Below, piece after piece: positions 38,396 through 48,549 of a DNA stretch of 64,000 nt. The position numbers and the translations under genes were made by a program. The notes under the pieces were generated by a model that saw only the letters and a program-made list of their open reading frames with translations, was not told the DNA's origin and searched no databases. This stretch comes from Chloroflexota bacterium (GTDB lineage: Bacteria; Chloroflexota; Dehalococcoidia; SZUA-161; SpSt-899): contig JABMQN010000003.1 of assembly GCA_013203045.1 (NCBI GenBank), positions 18,073 through 82,072 of the forward strand, read 5' to 3'. Position 1 is the stretch's first letter. Each line of letters opens with the position of its first letter.

Positions 38396-39829
38396 TTATC
38401 CTGTACTCTCCGACACATACCGATGATATGTAGTAAACCGGTGAAACGCTCGACATGCGCCGCGGAAAGACGCATATGCCGTTAGTCCCGCTTCCCTTAG
38501 ATCTCTTACATGTATATCCACTGGCTCCTCCTTGGTATCGTTTGTTATCGGAATGAGAATGGGCTTATCGCCGATCTGTTGTTGTAACTCTAATAAGCAT
38601 TCAATAACCTCATCTTTTGTAGGGAAAGGATCACCGAGAACAAAAAGTAAAGAACCAATGCGTAGAATAATGGCATCGATTTGGGGATCATCGGCCAGTA
38701 CGGGGATAGCTTGACGCATGATCGAAAGATCATGAACCACAATAGGCAGGTCCAGGGGATTCATGATGCCCTGATTGATCAAGTACACATGTTCAAGGAG
38801 ACTGTTTTGAGTATGGAGCGAAAGCGAAGGGACTTCAATGCCTTCTTCGGCACACATGTCTCCCGCAGCCACGGTATCGCCACCGCCTGCACTTATCACT
38901 GCTGCACGCCTGCCGGTTGACGGTTTCAAATTCAGAAAAGATATGGCGGTTTCCACCATCTCTTCGATGGAGCCTACTTTGATGGCTCCTGTCTGTTTAA
39001 AAAATGCTTCCCAAACCTGCTTTTCGCCGGCAAGAGAAGCTGTGTGCGATCTGGCGGCTCTGGCCCCTGCCTCGGTCAGTCCCCCTTTCCAAATGATGAC
39101 CGGTTTTTTAAGTGATACTCGTTGTACTGCGTCAGCGAATCGTCGTCCATCTTTAATACCCTCAAGATACATCCCAATGATCCGGGTTTCAGGATCGTCT
39201 GCAAGATAATCTAGAAAATCAGGAGCGTCCAGCATAAGTGCGTTACCATAGCTGATCACCTTGCTGACTCCGATGCCTACGTTTTCTGCATTTAACAGAA
39301 AGACGCGTGCATGCCCGCCACTTTGAGAAAGAAACCCCATTGGGCCATGATTCATTGGCATCTCTTCAAACATCTGCATCTTAGCGGAAGGTACATGGAA
39401 TCCCATACAATTAGGACCCACAACCCGAATATCCTGTCCCTGTGCAATCTGCAAAACTTCGTTACTAAGCTGTTGACCTCCCTCTTGGCCAGTCTCCGCG
39501 AAGCCGGAGGTGCATATTTGAACATTTGCAGCGCCAGCTGCGACGCAGTCTTCAACAGTTTGCGGAACGATGTGAGCTGGTACCGTGACAATAACCAGGT
39601 CGACAGGTTCAGGAATTGCGCTAACAGTCGGGTATGCGCGAAGGCCATCGATAAAGTCAGCTTTCGGATTAACTGGATATATATTTCCTGAAAATCCACC
39701 GTCCTTAAGAATTTGCAGGAGCCTATATCCTGTGTAACCGGGATGCTGGAAATGATCGGTTCTCGAGACACCAACAATAGCTATGTTTTTTGGTGGAAAA
39801 CCTTTGCCAAAACCGTTTGAGTTGCTCAT
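38396..39829 (-). CDS. acyl-CoA synthetase (NDP-forming) alpha-domain / CoA-binding protein
   Basis: IAIVGVS...CoA-binding Rossmann domain, then succinyl-CoA-synthetase-like flavodoxin domain with conserved His region. Lacks ATP-grasp beta part. Confidence 0.7.
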   Translation of the reverse strand: MSNSNGFGKGFPPKNIAIVGVSRTDHFQHPGYTGYRLLQILKDGGFSGNIYPVNPKADFIDGLRAYPTVSAIPEPVDLVIVTVPAHIVPQTVEDCVAAGAANVQICTSGFAETGQEGGQQLSNEVLQIAQGQDIRVVGPNCMGFHVPSAKMQMFEEMPMNHGPMGFLSQSGGHARVFLLNAENVGIGVSKVISYGNALMLDAPDFLDYLADDPETRIIGMYLEGIKDGRRFADAVQRVSLKKPVIIWKGGLTEAGARAARSHTASLAGEKQVWEAFFKQTGAIKVGSIEEMVETAISFLNLKPSTGRRAAVISAGGGDTVAAGDMCAEEGIEVPSLSLHTQNSLLEHVYLINQGIMNPLDLPIVVHDLSIMRQAIPVLADDPQIDAIILRIGSLLFVLGDPFPTKDEVIECLLELQQQIGDKPILIPITNDTKEEPVDIHVRDLREAGLTAYASFRGACRAFHRFTTYHRYVSESTG

Positions 39830-39922
39830 ATATTTATATCCTTACACATGTTCATTGCAATATTACTGTCTATGTTCATGATCTAATAGGAGATTGTCCA
39901 GGTCACCTACAGACGGGGTGAC

Positions 39923-40759
39923 TCATGTGAAGGACTCTGAATTGCGGCTTCGTATTCTATTCCGCAGGATAACCTTGCGTATCCCGGCACCCATGGAGGC
40001 GACAGCCCACTTGCGGGGTAATTTGGAGAAAACTCGAATTAACTGGCGGTTGAGAAACCCTGAGACATATACCGGACTTCGTCCCAGCTGTTCGAGCCCA
40101 AGTTTGGCGACTTCTTGAGGAGGTTTCAGCCCAAACAGGTCTTCTCTGGCGATGCCCTGAGCGATATGTGTCTCGGTATCCGTAGACCCGGGAGCCAGTA
40201 CGAGAACATCTATGTTGTGCCTGCGCAGTTCACTCCATAGAGCTTCTCCAAGTGAAAGCACGAAAGCTTTGGTTGCTGAGTATGCAGCAGACCAGGGTAC
40301 GCCGAAAAAGCCCTCCATCGAACCGGTGAGTATGATACCCCCGCGGCCTCTTTCGATTAATCTCGGTATGAACGAATGCGTTATCATAAGAGCGGCACGA
40401 CAATTGACATCGAGCATCTCAGAAAGCTTCTCCAAAGGTATCTCGTGGTGCAGTCCCTTTAAACCGAAGCCAGCGTTACTGATAACCAGCCCGATGTCCT
40501 TGCCTTCGCAGGCGCTCAACAACAAATCAAGGAAGTCAGGAGTAGAGAGATCAAGTGGAATCGACTCAGCTTCCACTCCATGCTGGTTGCGAAGTTCCTC
40601 AACAATTGTTTGCAGAAGATCAGCCCGGCGAGCAACGAGTATCACATTGAGCCCTTCAGCAGCAACGAGGCGTGCGAACTGTTCCCCGATACCTGATGAA
40701 GCCCCGGTCACCAGTACCCATGGACCGTATTTCTTACGGAAATTTTTAGAAAGTGACAT
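39923..40759 (-). CDS. SDR-family oxidoreductase
   Basis: TGASSGIG and Y..K motifs. Confidence 0.85.
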   Translation of the reverse strand: MSLSKNFRKKYGPWVLVTGASSGIGEQFARLVAAEGLNVILVARRADLLQTIVEELRNQHGVEAESIPLDLSTPDFLDLLLSACEGKDIGLVISNAGFGLKGLHHEIPLEKLSEMLDVNCRAALMITHSFIPRLIERGRGGIILTGSMEGFFGVPWSAAYSATKAFVLSLGEALWSELRRHNIDVLVLAPGSTDTETHIAQGIAREDLFGLKPPQEVAKLGLEQLGRSPVYVSGFLNRQLIRVFSKLPRKWAVASMGAGIRKVILRNRIRSRNSESFT

Positions 40760-40775
40760 ATTTCAGTTTTCAATA

Positions 40776-42983
40776 CTAATCTTTATAAACCTTGCAGAGG
40801 AGCCCTCTGAAATAGCTGTTCCCGGCATAGTCGGAGAATCCAGGTTCGTCTGGGACGATAGCATCGATGTTCGATTCCCACACTCCGAATAAACTCGGTT
40901 CGGCTTCCTCTTTCTCAGGGAACCACCAGTAGCCGTCAGCGTGGACAACCTGTGGGGGCATTCCTTCCAATAGCTTCACCTTCTGTCTCACTTTCCCCAT
41001 TGGCGTTTCGACCCATGCCCAGTCTCCCTCGCTGATACCCAGTTCCTCAGCCTTTTCGGGACTGATCTCCATCACTGGGTCGGGATAACGTTTCCTTATC
41101 TTTTCAAGCTGTCTATGAGAGGAATGATGGAATTCCTTTACCCTCGAACCGCTAATCAGGATCAACGGGTATTCTTTCGCTAAGTCCGGTGTAGATATGG
41201 GGCTCCACGGCGGTTCCTCATAGCCTGCCAGTGGATCGTAGCCCAGTTGCTGTAATACAGTTGGCACCAACTCAACTTTGCCTGAAAAAGTAGCGAATCC
41301 GGTTTTTTCATACTTTTTGTATTCTTTAACCGGGAAGTAACCGGGAGTCTGAGCAAGTTCGCGGAGTGTGACACCGGCGGGTGCCAGCAGTTTATTCAGC
41401 CAACCTTCAAGTGTATCCGGCCAATTTTTTTCTTGTCCCAGCCGCTTACCCAGATCAGCCCATAACTGGTAATCGTCTTTTCGTTCGTACATGGGCTCGA
41501 CGATAGCCTCGCGTCCGAATTCAGAGCCTGTCATTCCCCACAGGTTAGTGATCGTGGGATGCTCCATGGCATCGGTGGCCGGCAGTACATAATCAGCGAG
41601 AGCCCCGGTTGGTGTGAGGAAATGATCCATGGATACATGCAACTCGAGATTATCACTCTTGAAAGCTTCGTATGCATGCCTGGAATCACCGATGGAGCAA
41701 AGCGTATTCGTACCCTGATCGAACACCGCCTTAATTGGGTAGGGCTTCTCAGTCAGGATTGCTTCCCAGCACGCATGAGGGGATGGATAGATGAAGTATT
41801 GCGCCGCTCCCCATCCTTTGGGATAGACACGCTTCATCGCTTCGTGGTAAAGGACTAAAGCCTTGACTGACCCTATCGATTGTTGATCGGCACTGACGGT
41901 ATCCCGGGTTCGCAGCGGGTGATTGATTTGACTGTCCCAATTCATCTCCTCCAGAAAAGCGGTATAATCCGGCGGAGTGCTGAAGACCTGGCCCCCTTCT
42001 CGATCCAGATTACCGGTTACGGCTCGAAGCCAGCATTTTCCCATCACCCCACTTAATCCAGCGCGATTGCCCAGGTGCGTATTGGCAACACCCCAGGTCA
42101 GGGCAGCCGCAGAAGCGTTGGCATACATTCGGGCAGCCTCGATGATTTTATCGGCGGGTACCCAGGTGATTTCCGAGACTTTCTCTGGAGTATACTGCTG
42201 AACGAGAGTCTTGAGTTCGTCAAATCCCAGGCACCACTTCTCGACGAACTCCTTATCATAAATACCTTCATTAATGATCACGTTCAACATGCCTAAAGCC
42301 AAAGCCCCATCCGTGCCCGGGCGAAGTTGCAGCCAGAGGTCGGCCGCTTTAGCGCAGGTGGTCGGCCTGGGGTCCACCACGATGATCTTCATCCCTTGAC
42401 TCTGCGAGTACTTGTATCCCTCCCACAGCCTCGGCTGAGATTCTGATGGGTTTGCTCCCCAGATAATCAGGACACCGGTTTTTTCAGGATTTAAAAATGT
42501 GGCCCAAGCTGCAATCGTGTCATAGCCATACATAGCGCATTCGACCGGGAATTCCGCTTCACCACAGTTCTTGCCGAGATGAAAGAAATTAGGCGTTCCC
42601 CAGAGATTGCACCATTTCCAGGCCGCCGGATCACCCGGCCCATGAGGGGAACCTCCGAGGACCAGTACAGCTTCCGGCCCATATCGATCGCGGATGCTCT
42701 CCAGTTTCGCTGCGATCTCATCCATCGCCTGTTCCCAGGAAATCCGTTCCCACTTTGCCTCTCCGCGTGCGCCTACCCTTTTCAGCGGGTAATTCATCCT
42801 TTTTGGATGGTCGTGGTATTCCACGCCGTTTACACCGCGGATGCAAAGGTGGCCCAGAACACTTTCACTGTCCGGTTGCACCTTAACCACTCTGTCATTG
42901 TCAATATGGGCAACGATATGACAGAAGGTGCCACACACCGGGCAAGTGCCTTTTCGAGTAGTTGTATTAGATTCTGTTACCAT
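40776..42983 (-). CDS. molybdopterin/tungstopterin oxidoreductase, MopB superfamily, cytoplasmic, copy 3
   Basis: CPVCGTFCHI...C 4Fe-4S motif, ...YPLKRVGARGEAKWERISWEQAMDEIAAKL..., and C-terminal barrel (WAWVETPMGKV). No Tat signal. Confidence 0.85.
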   Translation of the reverse strand: MVTESNTTTRKGTCPVCGTFCHIVAHIDNDRVVKVQPDSESVLGHLCIRGVNGVEYHDHPKRMNYPLKRVGARGEAKWERISWEQAMDEIAAKLESIRDRYGPEAVLVLGGSPHGPGDPAAWKWCNLWGTPNFFHLGKNCGEAEFPVECAMYGYDTIAAWATFLNPEKTGVLIIWGANPSESQPRLWEGYKYSQSQGMKIIVVDPRPTTCAKAADLWLQLRPGTDGALALGMLNVIINEGIYDKEFVEKWCLGFDELKTLVQQYTPEKVSEITWVPADKIIEAARMYANASAAALTWGVANTHLGNRAGLSGVMGKCWLRAVTGNLDREGGQVFSTPPDYTAFLEEMNWDSQINHPLRTRDTVSADQQSIGSVKALVLYHEAMKRVYPKGWGAAQYFIYPSPHACWEAILTEKPYPIKAVFDQGTNTLCSIGDSRHAYEAFKSDNLELHVSMDHFLTPTGALADYVLPATDAMEHPTITNLWGMTGSEFGREAIVEPMYERKDDYQLWADLGKRLGQEKNWPDTLEGWLNKLLAPAGVTLRELAQTPGYFPVKEYKKYEKTGFATFSGKVELVPTVLQQLGYDPLAGYEEPPWSPISTPDLAKEYPLILISGSRVKEFHHSSHRQLEKIRKRYPDPVMEISPEKAEELGISEGDWAWVETPMGKVRQKVKLLEGMPPQVVHADGYWWFPEKEEAEPSLFGVWESNIDAIVPDEPGFSDYAGNSYFRGLLCKVYKD

Positions 42984-43006
42984 GTTTCGTCTCTCCTCTT
43001 CCCTAT

Positions 43007-43471
43007 CTAGACTGGTTTGATTTCAAAAAGCTCAGTCATCACGCCACCGACTTGATCAGTGTTCACGTACGCCCAGGATATACCAGCCTCAGGGTAACTG
43101 TGCTGCCACACCGGCTCGATACCTTCCTTGGCCCATTCCGCCAATATCTCATCGAGGTTGTTGACCGTGAAGCGTACATGCTGTATTCCCTCGCCTCTTT
43201 CTCTCAGGAATTCAGAATGAATCGATTCACCCTCAAGCACCTCAATCAGTTCAATCTCAATCGGCCCCGACTGTGCGAAAGCCATCTTCAATCGAACATC
43301 GGTGGACTTCCCTCGATAGAGGCACCCTTCAAGGCTAACCTCCGAAATGTTGAAGGGCCCCCAGCCAAGCACCTTTTCATAGTATTCCACGGTTTTCTCG
43401 ACATCCTTGACGATGATTCCTATCTGTTCGACGGGGGGCAGACTGATAGAGCTTTTTCTATCTGTTGACAT
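43007..43471 (-). CDS. VOC/glyoxalase-fold protein (paralog of 28695..29147)
   Basis: IGIIVKDVEKTVEYYEKVLGW...IQHVRF. Adjacent to MopB copy 3, just as 28695 is adjacent to MopB copy 2. Confidence 0.7.
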   Translation of the reverse strand: MSTDRKSSISLPPVEQIGIIVKDVEKTVEYYEKVLGWGPFNISEVSLEGCLYRGKSTDVRLKMAFAQSGPIEIELIEVLEGESIHSEFLRERGEGIQHVRFTVNNLDEILAEWAKEGIEPVWQHSYPEAGISWAYVNTDQVGGVMTELFEIKPV

Positions 43472-43490
43472 TGCATCACCTCCAGAGGGA

Positions 43491-44147
43491 TCAACTCTCA
43501 GTTTTTTTGATTCTTTCGGTGTTCATCCGGCTAAAAGGATTCCGCGAAGTGTACAGAATCCCGAGCGGATTATTTGCTAGTACCCTGTCTTTCACAGCCA
43601 AAACTGTGACCGGCGCCTTGCTATGCTTTATGAACAGCGTATCATCGCCTACGCATAACCCCAGCAGAATGTTAAGTTGACATCCTTCCGTATCGAGTAT
43701 CATCGCCTGCCCGATTGGATTACACATTGGTTGTCGGAATCCCGCTACGATTTTGTCTTCTTCCGGTAGTTCCACATCATCTGAACAGATCGAGCCGCAC
43801 ATGCAGGCTACCGCCACAACCTCGAATCCTTCATTGAGGAGAACATTGGTCAGAAGTTTCGCTTCATCGGAGAGACCAATACAGAAGGCCAATCCGAGTT
43901 TTTGATAGCCACGGAGTTTTGCATACAGCATTGTCTCTTCCACTCGGGTGAGCTTACCAAGCTGCTTCCATGTTCGTGCAACGTCCCGAGCCATACTCTG
44001 GTTTTCAGTTTCTTTGAGCTTTGATTTAGCTTCGTCTATCAACTCAGTTCGATTCACCGTGGGACAGAACTTTGGTGCTTCATCCAAATCACCAAAGATA
44101 CACGGTTTTGATGGACAATAGCTGCACAGGATTTGTTTTTCATTCAT
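43491..44147 (-). CDS. Cys-rich DUF1847-like putative metal-binding protein
   Basis: CSYCPSKPC...CPT... plus multiple Cys (ACMCGSIC, CNPIG, GLCVGDD). Family assignment is from memory of the DUF1847 pattern and is not verified. Confidence 0.45.
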   Translation of the reverse strand: MNEKQILCSYCPSKPCIFGDLDEAPKFCPTVNRTELIDEAKSKLKETENQSMARDVARTWKQLGKLTRVEETMLYAKLRGYQKLGLAFCIGLSDEAKLLTNVLLNEGFEVVAVACMCGSICSDDVELPEEDKIVAGFRQPMCNPIGQAMILDTEGCQLNILLGLCVGDDTLFIKHSKAPVTVLAVKDRVLANNPLGILYTSRNPFSRMNTERIKKTES

Positions 44148-44241
44148 AATACTCTCCCAAGTGTTTACGATGGGTCCCTATTCAGTTCCCCATGGGAAGG
44201 GGCCAGCTTGTTTTGGACAGCCATCCGCCTTCCACGAAAAT

Positions 44242-45060
44242 TTACATCAAGAGCGTGCCCCCATCTACAACAAGTAAATGTCCCGTGGTGAACGCTGCGG
44301 CCTCGGAAGCCAGGTATACAGCAGCAGCGCCGATTTCCGATGGTTTGGCGGATGTGCGTTCCAGAGCGCACTGCCTGGACATTGTGAGCAAGTCATCCGG
44401 TTTGGTGGCTATGGCCTTTATTATCAGATCCTTTGACGGATGCCATCTGCTGCCTTCACTGGTCTCCTCGTCAAGGTTTTCAGGGGCTGTTGCATAGGGG
44501 CTTACGGCATTGACGTTTATGCCGTAGGGTCCTACCTCTTTGGCGAGCACCTTCGTGAATGCATGAATGGCGCCTTTCATGGCTGAGTAGACCACCAGCA
44601 GAGGATCGCCCACGAATCCTGTGGTTGAGCCAAGATTGATAATCTTGCCACTTTTTTGTGCTATCATGTGGGGAAGCACTGCCTTGGTGCACCGCAGCGT
44701 GCTCCACAGGTTTAGATCAATCTCCTTTTTCCACTCCTCTTCTGTACTCTCTACAAAGGTCTTGAAATCTACGTTTCCACCCACATTGTTGATCAGCACG
44801 TCAATTGAACCGAATCTTTCCAGGGTTTGGTTCACCATCGATTCAACCTCACCGGAGTTGAGCACATCGGTCCGCGCCCATAGGACATCCTGGGCGCCGA
44901 GTTCCATGGCTACGGCCGCGACCCCCCGGCCCTGCTGTTCGTCCCTTGCAGCGATAACAACGTTGGCCCCTTCTCGGGCAAACGCCAGCACGATGCCGCG
45001 GCCTATGTTGGCATTACCCCCAGTGACGATCACGGTCTTTCCTGCTAATCCTGTCTCCAT
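44242..45060 (-). CDS. SDR-family oxidoreductase
   Basis: METGLAGKTVIVTGGNANIGRGI. ATG 45060 preferred over the 18-aa track extension. Confidence 0.85.
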   Translation of the reverse strand: METGLAGKTVIVTGGNANIGRGIVLAFAREGANVVIAARDEQQGRGVAAVAMELGAQDVLWARTDVLNSGEVESMVNQTLERFGSIDVLINNVGGNVDFKTFVESTEEEWKKEIDLNLWSTLRCTKAVLPHMIAQKSGKIINLGSTTGFVGDPLLVVYSAMKGAIHAFTKVLAKEVGPYGINVNAVSPYATAPENLDEETSEGSRWHPSKDLIIKAIATKPDDLLTMSRQCALERTSAKPSEIGAAAVYLASEAAAFTTGHLLVVDGGTLLM

Positions 45061-45147
45061 TATTCTCTCCCTCCCTTTTGTGCTTTTCAATAGAAACTTT
45101 ATAGCGCTGAACAATAGGCAAGCTTGGCAACTTTGAAATGCATGTTG

Positions 45148-45999
45148 TTATGTGCGTGCCCTGACGAGAACAGTTCGGATGGCATCCCCTGCTTTGCGTG
45201 CGGCCTCGACAGGGGGCAATTTAAGCAACTCATCCGAGAATACCTCGACCCCGATTGGCGCCATGCAACCAATTGTGTCCAACGCCCGGAATACTCCCGG
45301 CAGATCAATAACACCATGCCCCGGCAACAGCCGCCCCTGCATCGTCTCTTCGATGACGTCTGCCCACGATTCAGCAGCTGCATCGTTGATTTGCATGGCA
45401 ACCACGGCATCCGCCGGAAGCCCTGTCAAATCATCGACACTCCCACCGCTCCGATGGAGATGCCAGGTATCGAGGTTAATCCCGCCGTTGGGTCGACCAG
45501 CCTGGCGCACGATTTCCCCAGCAGTCTTGATATCAGGTATGCCGGACCACGGGAGAAACTCCAGGGAGACTTTCAGCCCGTGTTGAGCAGCTCGATCGCA
45601 TACACCGGCAAAGGCTTCCACAACCATCTCGGTTTCCAGTCGAGGGCCAAACGCCTGAACAACGTTGAGATGTCGAGCGCCGAGTGCGTCAGCGATCTGA
45701 TAGAAGAAATCCTCCCCAGGCCCCAGCGTTTCGGTTGCGGGGCTATCAGGGTCCAGTCCGAGCGCCGCCGGCGGCAGCCAGTTCATCAGGGGATCGAGTT
45801 CGCTGATGCTCAATCCGTGATCCTCCAGCATCAACTTTAAGTCCTGATCACTCAATCCTTGAGCGCACGCATCCTGATAATGGTGTGGCCAAATCGATAT
45901 CGATCGGAATCCACCCGCGGCTGCAGCCTCAACCAGCTCGCTGAAACTTGCGTGGGCAATCGTGCCACAGCACAGGCAGAGATCATCGTAATCTAGCAT
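45148..45999 (-). CDS. sugar phosphate isomerase/epimerase (xylose-isomerase-like TIM barrel)
   Basis: TIM-barrel AP-endonuclease-2-like pattern. ATG 45999 with AAGGAG RBS. Confidence 0.65.
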   Translation of the reverse strand: MLDYDDLCLCCGTIAHASFSELVEAAAAGGFRSISIWPHHYQDACAQGLSDQDLKLMLEDHGLSISELDPLMNWLPPAALGLDPDSPATETLGPGEDFFYQIADALGARHLNVVQAFGPRLETEMVVEAFAGVCDRAAQHGLKVSLEFLPWSGIPDIKTAGEIVRQAGRPNGGINLDTWHLHRSGGSVDDLTGLPADAVVAMQINDAAAESWADVIEETMQGRLLPGHGVIDLPGVFRALDTIGCMAPIGVEVFSDELLKLPPVEAARKAGDAIRTVLVRART

Positions 46000-46068
46000 G
46001 ATATCGCTCCTTTCCTGTTCACAGTAATGCGGTCCGTCTGGTGGCAAATCAGCCGAGCAACACTCACG

Positions 46069-46851
46069 TCAACCTGACTTCGAAATTGGCATTTGCGTTC
46101 CCACCATCCAACCGCCATCAACCACCAACGCTGTTCCGGTAACGAATGATGAATCATCGCAAGCCAGATACAGAGCTGCCTGGGCAATATCCTCAGGCCT
46201 GCCTATTGATGGCAAAGGCCACAGATGAGAGTAATCCCGGGCCGCAGTGTCCTCCGGGATGATCAAGGAAGTCATCGGAGTCTCAATAAAACCCGGGCAA
46301 ATACAGTTTATCCGGATGTTGTCAGCGCCATACTCGATCGCGATTGACTTCGTCAGCTGCATCACCCCCGCCTTGGCGGCAGCATATACGGAGACGTATT
46401 GGTTAGGTGTGATTCCGGCTGTGGAGGCAATGCTGACGATCGTTCCGCCACCGCGCTGCTGCATCACCGGAATCGCGTGTTTACATCCGAGGAACACTCC
46501 CCGCAGGTTTATGTTAATCACACGATCGAATTCTTCAACGTCAACGTCGGCGGCCTTGGCGAACATGGGTATACCAGCCCCGTTGAAGAGGACGTCTAGC
46601 CCTTCGTATTTATCGACTGTTGCCTTCACCATATTTTCGATATCATCAGGATTCGCCATGTCTGTCTCAACAAAAACAGCCTCACCGCCCGCATCGACGA
46701 TCCTTTTGACGGTTTCCTGCCCAGCATCAGTGGTAATATCGGCAATGACTACCTTCGCGCCTTCCCGAGCGAAAAGCAATGCTGTGCTCCGACCGATACC
46801 GGAGCCCCCGCCAGTTATCAAGGCAATCTTATCCTTTAATTTCCCATTCAC
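46069..46851 (-). CDS. SDR-family oxidoreductase
   Basis: KIALITGGGSGIG and Y..K (YAAAK). Probable GTG start at 46851 with GGGGAG RBS; the track start at 46959 would overlap the upstream SnoaL gene. Confidence 0.8.
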   Translation of the reverse strand: MNGKLKDKIALITGGGSGIGRSTALLFAREGAKVVIADITTDAGQETVKRIVDAGGEAVFVETDMANPDDIENMVKATVDKYEGLDVLFNGAGIPMFAKAADVDVEEFDRVININLRGVFLGCKHAIPVMQQRGGGTIVSIASTAGITPNQYVSVYAAAKAGVMQLTKSIAIEYGADNIRINCICPGFIETPMTSLIIPEDTAARDYSHLWPLPSIGRPEDIAQAALYLACDDSSFVTGTALVVDGGWMVGTQMPISKSG

Positions 46852-46892
46852 TTTGCGCGTCTCCCCAATCTGGTGATTCAATCGATCATATT

Positions 46893-47285
46893 TCAGGCTG
46901 AGTCCTGTTCGGTCGGTAACTGACTTTTGACCTGCTCGGTATCGAAATAATCCCGCCATGCCGTAATCTTACCGTTGCGCAGATCGAAGGCTCCCATAAC
47001 TGGAACTTCCATCGGCTTACCCGAAAACCTGAACCGGTCCGTTCGTTCCGTGAGAACGGTTCCAGTAGTCGTTTCGGCTATATTGTGAATTTGCCAGTCG
47101 ATCTCGCTTGAGCTGTTGAACATATTTTGCAGAAACTCTCTGATTGCTTCAATCCCTGATAACGGCTCCCACGGGATGTTGTGAAAAACGCAGTCGGTAC
47201 TATCAAACATTGCCATCATTTTGTTTATATCCCTGGAGTTACATGCCTGGATAAATTCCAGAACGATTTGTTGATTTGTAGTCAT
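46893..47285 (-). CDS. SnoaL-like/NTF2-fold protein (limonene-epoxide-hydrolase-like)
   Basis: QIVLEFIQACNSRDINKMMAMFD is the NTF2-like cone-fold N-terminus. Confidence 0.65.
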   Translation of the reverse strand: MTTNQQIVLEFIQACNSRDINKMMAMFDSTDCVFHNIPWEPLSGIEAIREFLQNMFNSSSEIDWQIHNIAETTTGTVLTERTDRFRFSGKPMEVPVMGAFDLRNGKITAWRDYFDTEQVKSQLPTEQDSA

Positions 47286-47295
47286 ACTGTACTCC

Positions 47296-48333
47296 TCACT
47301 GAGGCATTTCGATTAAGACCTTTATGGCATCTTCGGAATTCGACTGTATTTCGAATGCCTCTTTAATATCGTCGAACGGAAAAACATGGGTGATCAGGTC
47401 ATTGGTTTTAATATTGCCAGACTGCATATATTCCAGCGCCTTATCCCATCGCTGTCCACCGCAGCCACGGATGGTGATGTTCCGGAATTGGAACATGAGT
47501 TTGGTGAGGTCTGGAGGCAACTCAAGGTATTGCTCGTAGATACCCACCTGCATGATCTTGCCGAAAGGCTGGATCATCAGTGGGGCCTGACGGAAAGCTG
47601 CGGGTGATCCGGAGCATTCGAAAATTGTAGTTGCCATATGTCCGGAAGTAGCCTCTGAAACCATCTCGACCGGATCAACTTCCATTGGGTTCAAGACAAT
47701 ATCGGCACCCAGCTTTGATGCCATTCCCCGGCGTATACGGGAAGGCTCACTGACGATAACTTTCGAAGCTCCGGCGGTTTTGCATGCCTGCAGGATGCCC
47801 AGCCCAATTACCCCTGCTCCGAGTATCAGAACGGTTTCCCCTTCCTTAATGCGAGCCTCCTCCACAGCATAGCAGGCAACGGACATGGGTTCGATGGTGG
47901 CGGCTTCTTTCCAAGTCATACCCTCTGGAATGTGAAAGACCAGCACTCCGACCATTGGCTTTGGTACAATGACGTATTCGGCAAAGGCTCCGTCCAATCC
48001 TTCGCCAGGGACTTTTGGATTTGGACAGAAACCGAGGCTGTGATGGCACCAATAACATTCACCGCAATCGCGAAGGCCAGTTCCCACGATTCTATCGCCC
48101 ACTTTGAGACCATCGATTGCCGAACCCATCTGCACGATTTCACCGCTAAACTCATGGCCCGGGATAATAGGTTTTTTCGCCATTGATGGCTCTCCGGCTT
48201 TGTACAGGTGGATATCGGTGCCGCAAATACCGCAGGCCTTCACTCGGACCAGTATCTCATCGTCACGAATAACAGGGTCCGGAATATCTTCTATTCGTAT
48301 ATCGCCAGGGGCATGGATCAATGCTGCTTTCAT
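47296..48333 (-). CDS. zinc-dependent medium-chain alcohol dehydrogenase
   Basis: GICGTDIHLY, structural Zn Cys cluster (C..C..C......C), and GAGVIGLG Rossmann motif. Confidence 0.88.
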   Translation of the reverse strand: MKAALIHAPGDIRIEDIPDPVIRDDEILVRVKACGICGTDIHLYKAGEPSMAKKPIIPGHEFSGEIVQMGSAIDGLKVGDRIVGTGLRDCGECYWCHHSLGFCPNPKVPGEGLDGAFAEYVIVPKPMVGVLVFHIPEGMTWKEAATIEPMSVACYAVEEARIKEGETVLILGAGVIGLGILQACKTAGASKVIVSEPSRIRRGMASKLGADIVLNPMEVDPVEMVSEATSGHMATTIFECSGSPAAFRQAPLMIQPFGKIMQVGIYEQYLELPPDLTKLMFQFRNITIRGCGGQRWDKALEYMQSGNIKTNDLITHVFPFDDIKEAFEIQSNSEDAIKVLIEMPQ

Positions 48334-48399
48334 AATTCGGTTATCTCCTGTTTCGATATCCTCTGTAAATTATATGAAACCTAAATGTAAGGGGATTCT

Positions 48400-48452
48400 A
48401 TCAATCATTGACGAATATGTCAATTGATGTTATAATTCGATATCAATTCGGT
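48400..48452. promoter_or_regulatory. cluster of AT-rich palindromic boxes (TCAATCATTGA, TCAATTGA, ATATCAATTCG) in the divergent ADH/Lrp intergenic region: candidate Lrp/AsnC operator array
   Basis: Palindromes read directly, spaced about 10-20 bp apart upstream of the tandem-Lrp gene. Confidence 0.45.
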
Positions 48453-48549
48453 CTTATTTCAAACTAATATATAACAAAATCGTCCGTTAATATTTCGTAA
48501 ATAGCGAATATGTCATCCGTAATATATTGGTGGGTTTTTGGAGCATATC

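Noticed and set aside
45124-45840. 238-aa plus-strand ORF and other long ORFs antisense to the isomerase/SDR genes (also 46247..46876)
   Set aside because: High-GC shadow frames opposite well-supported SDR and TIM-barrel genes.
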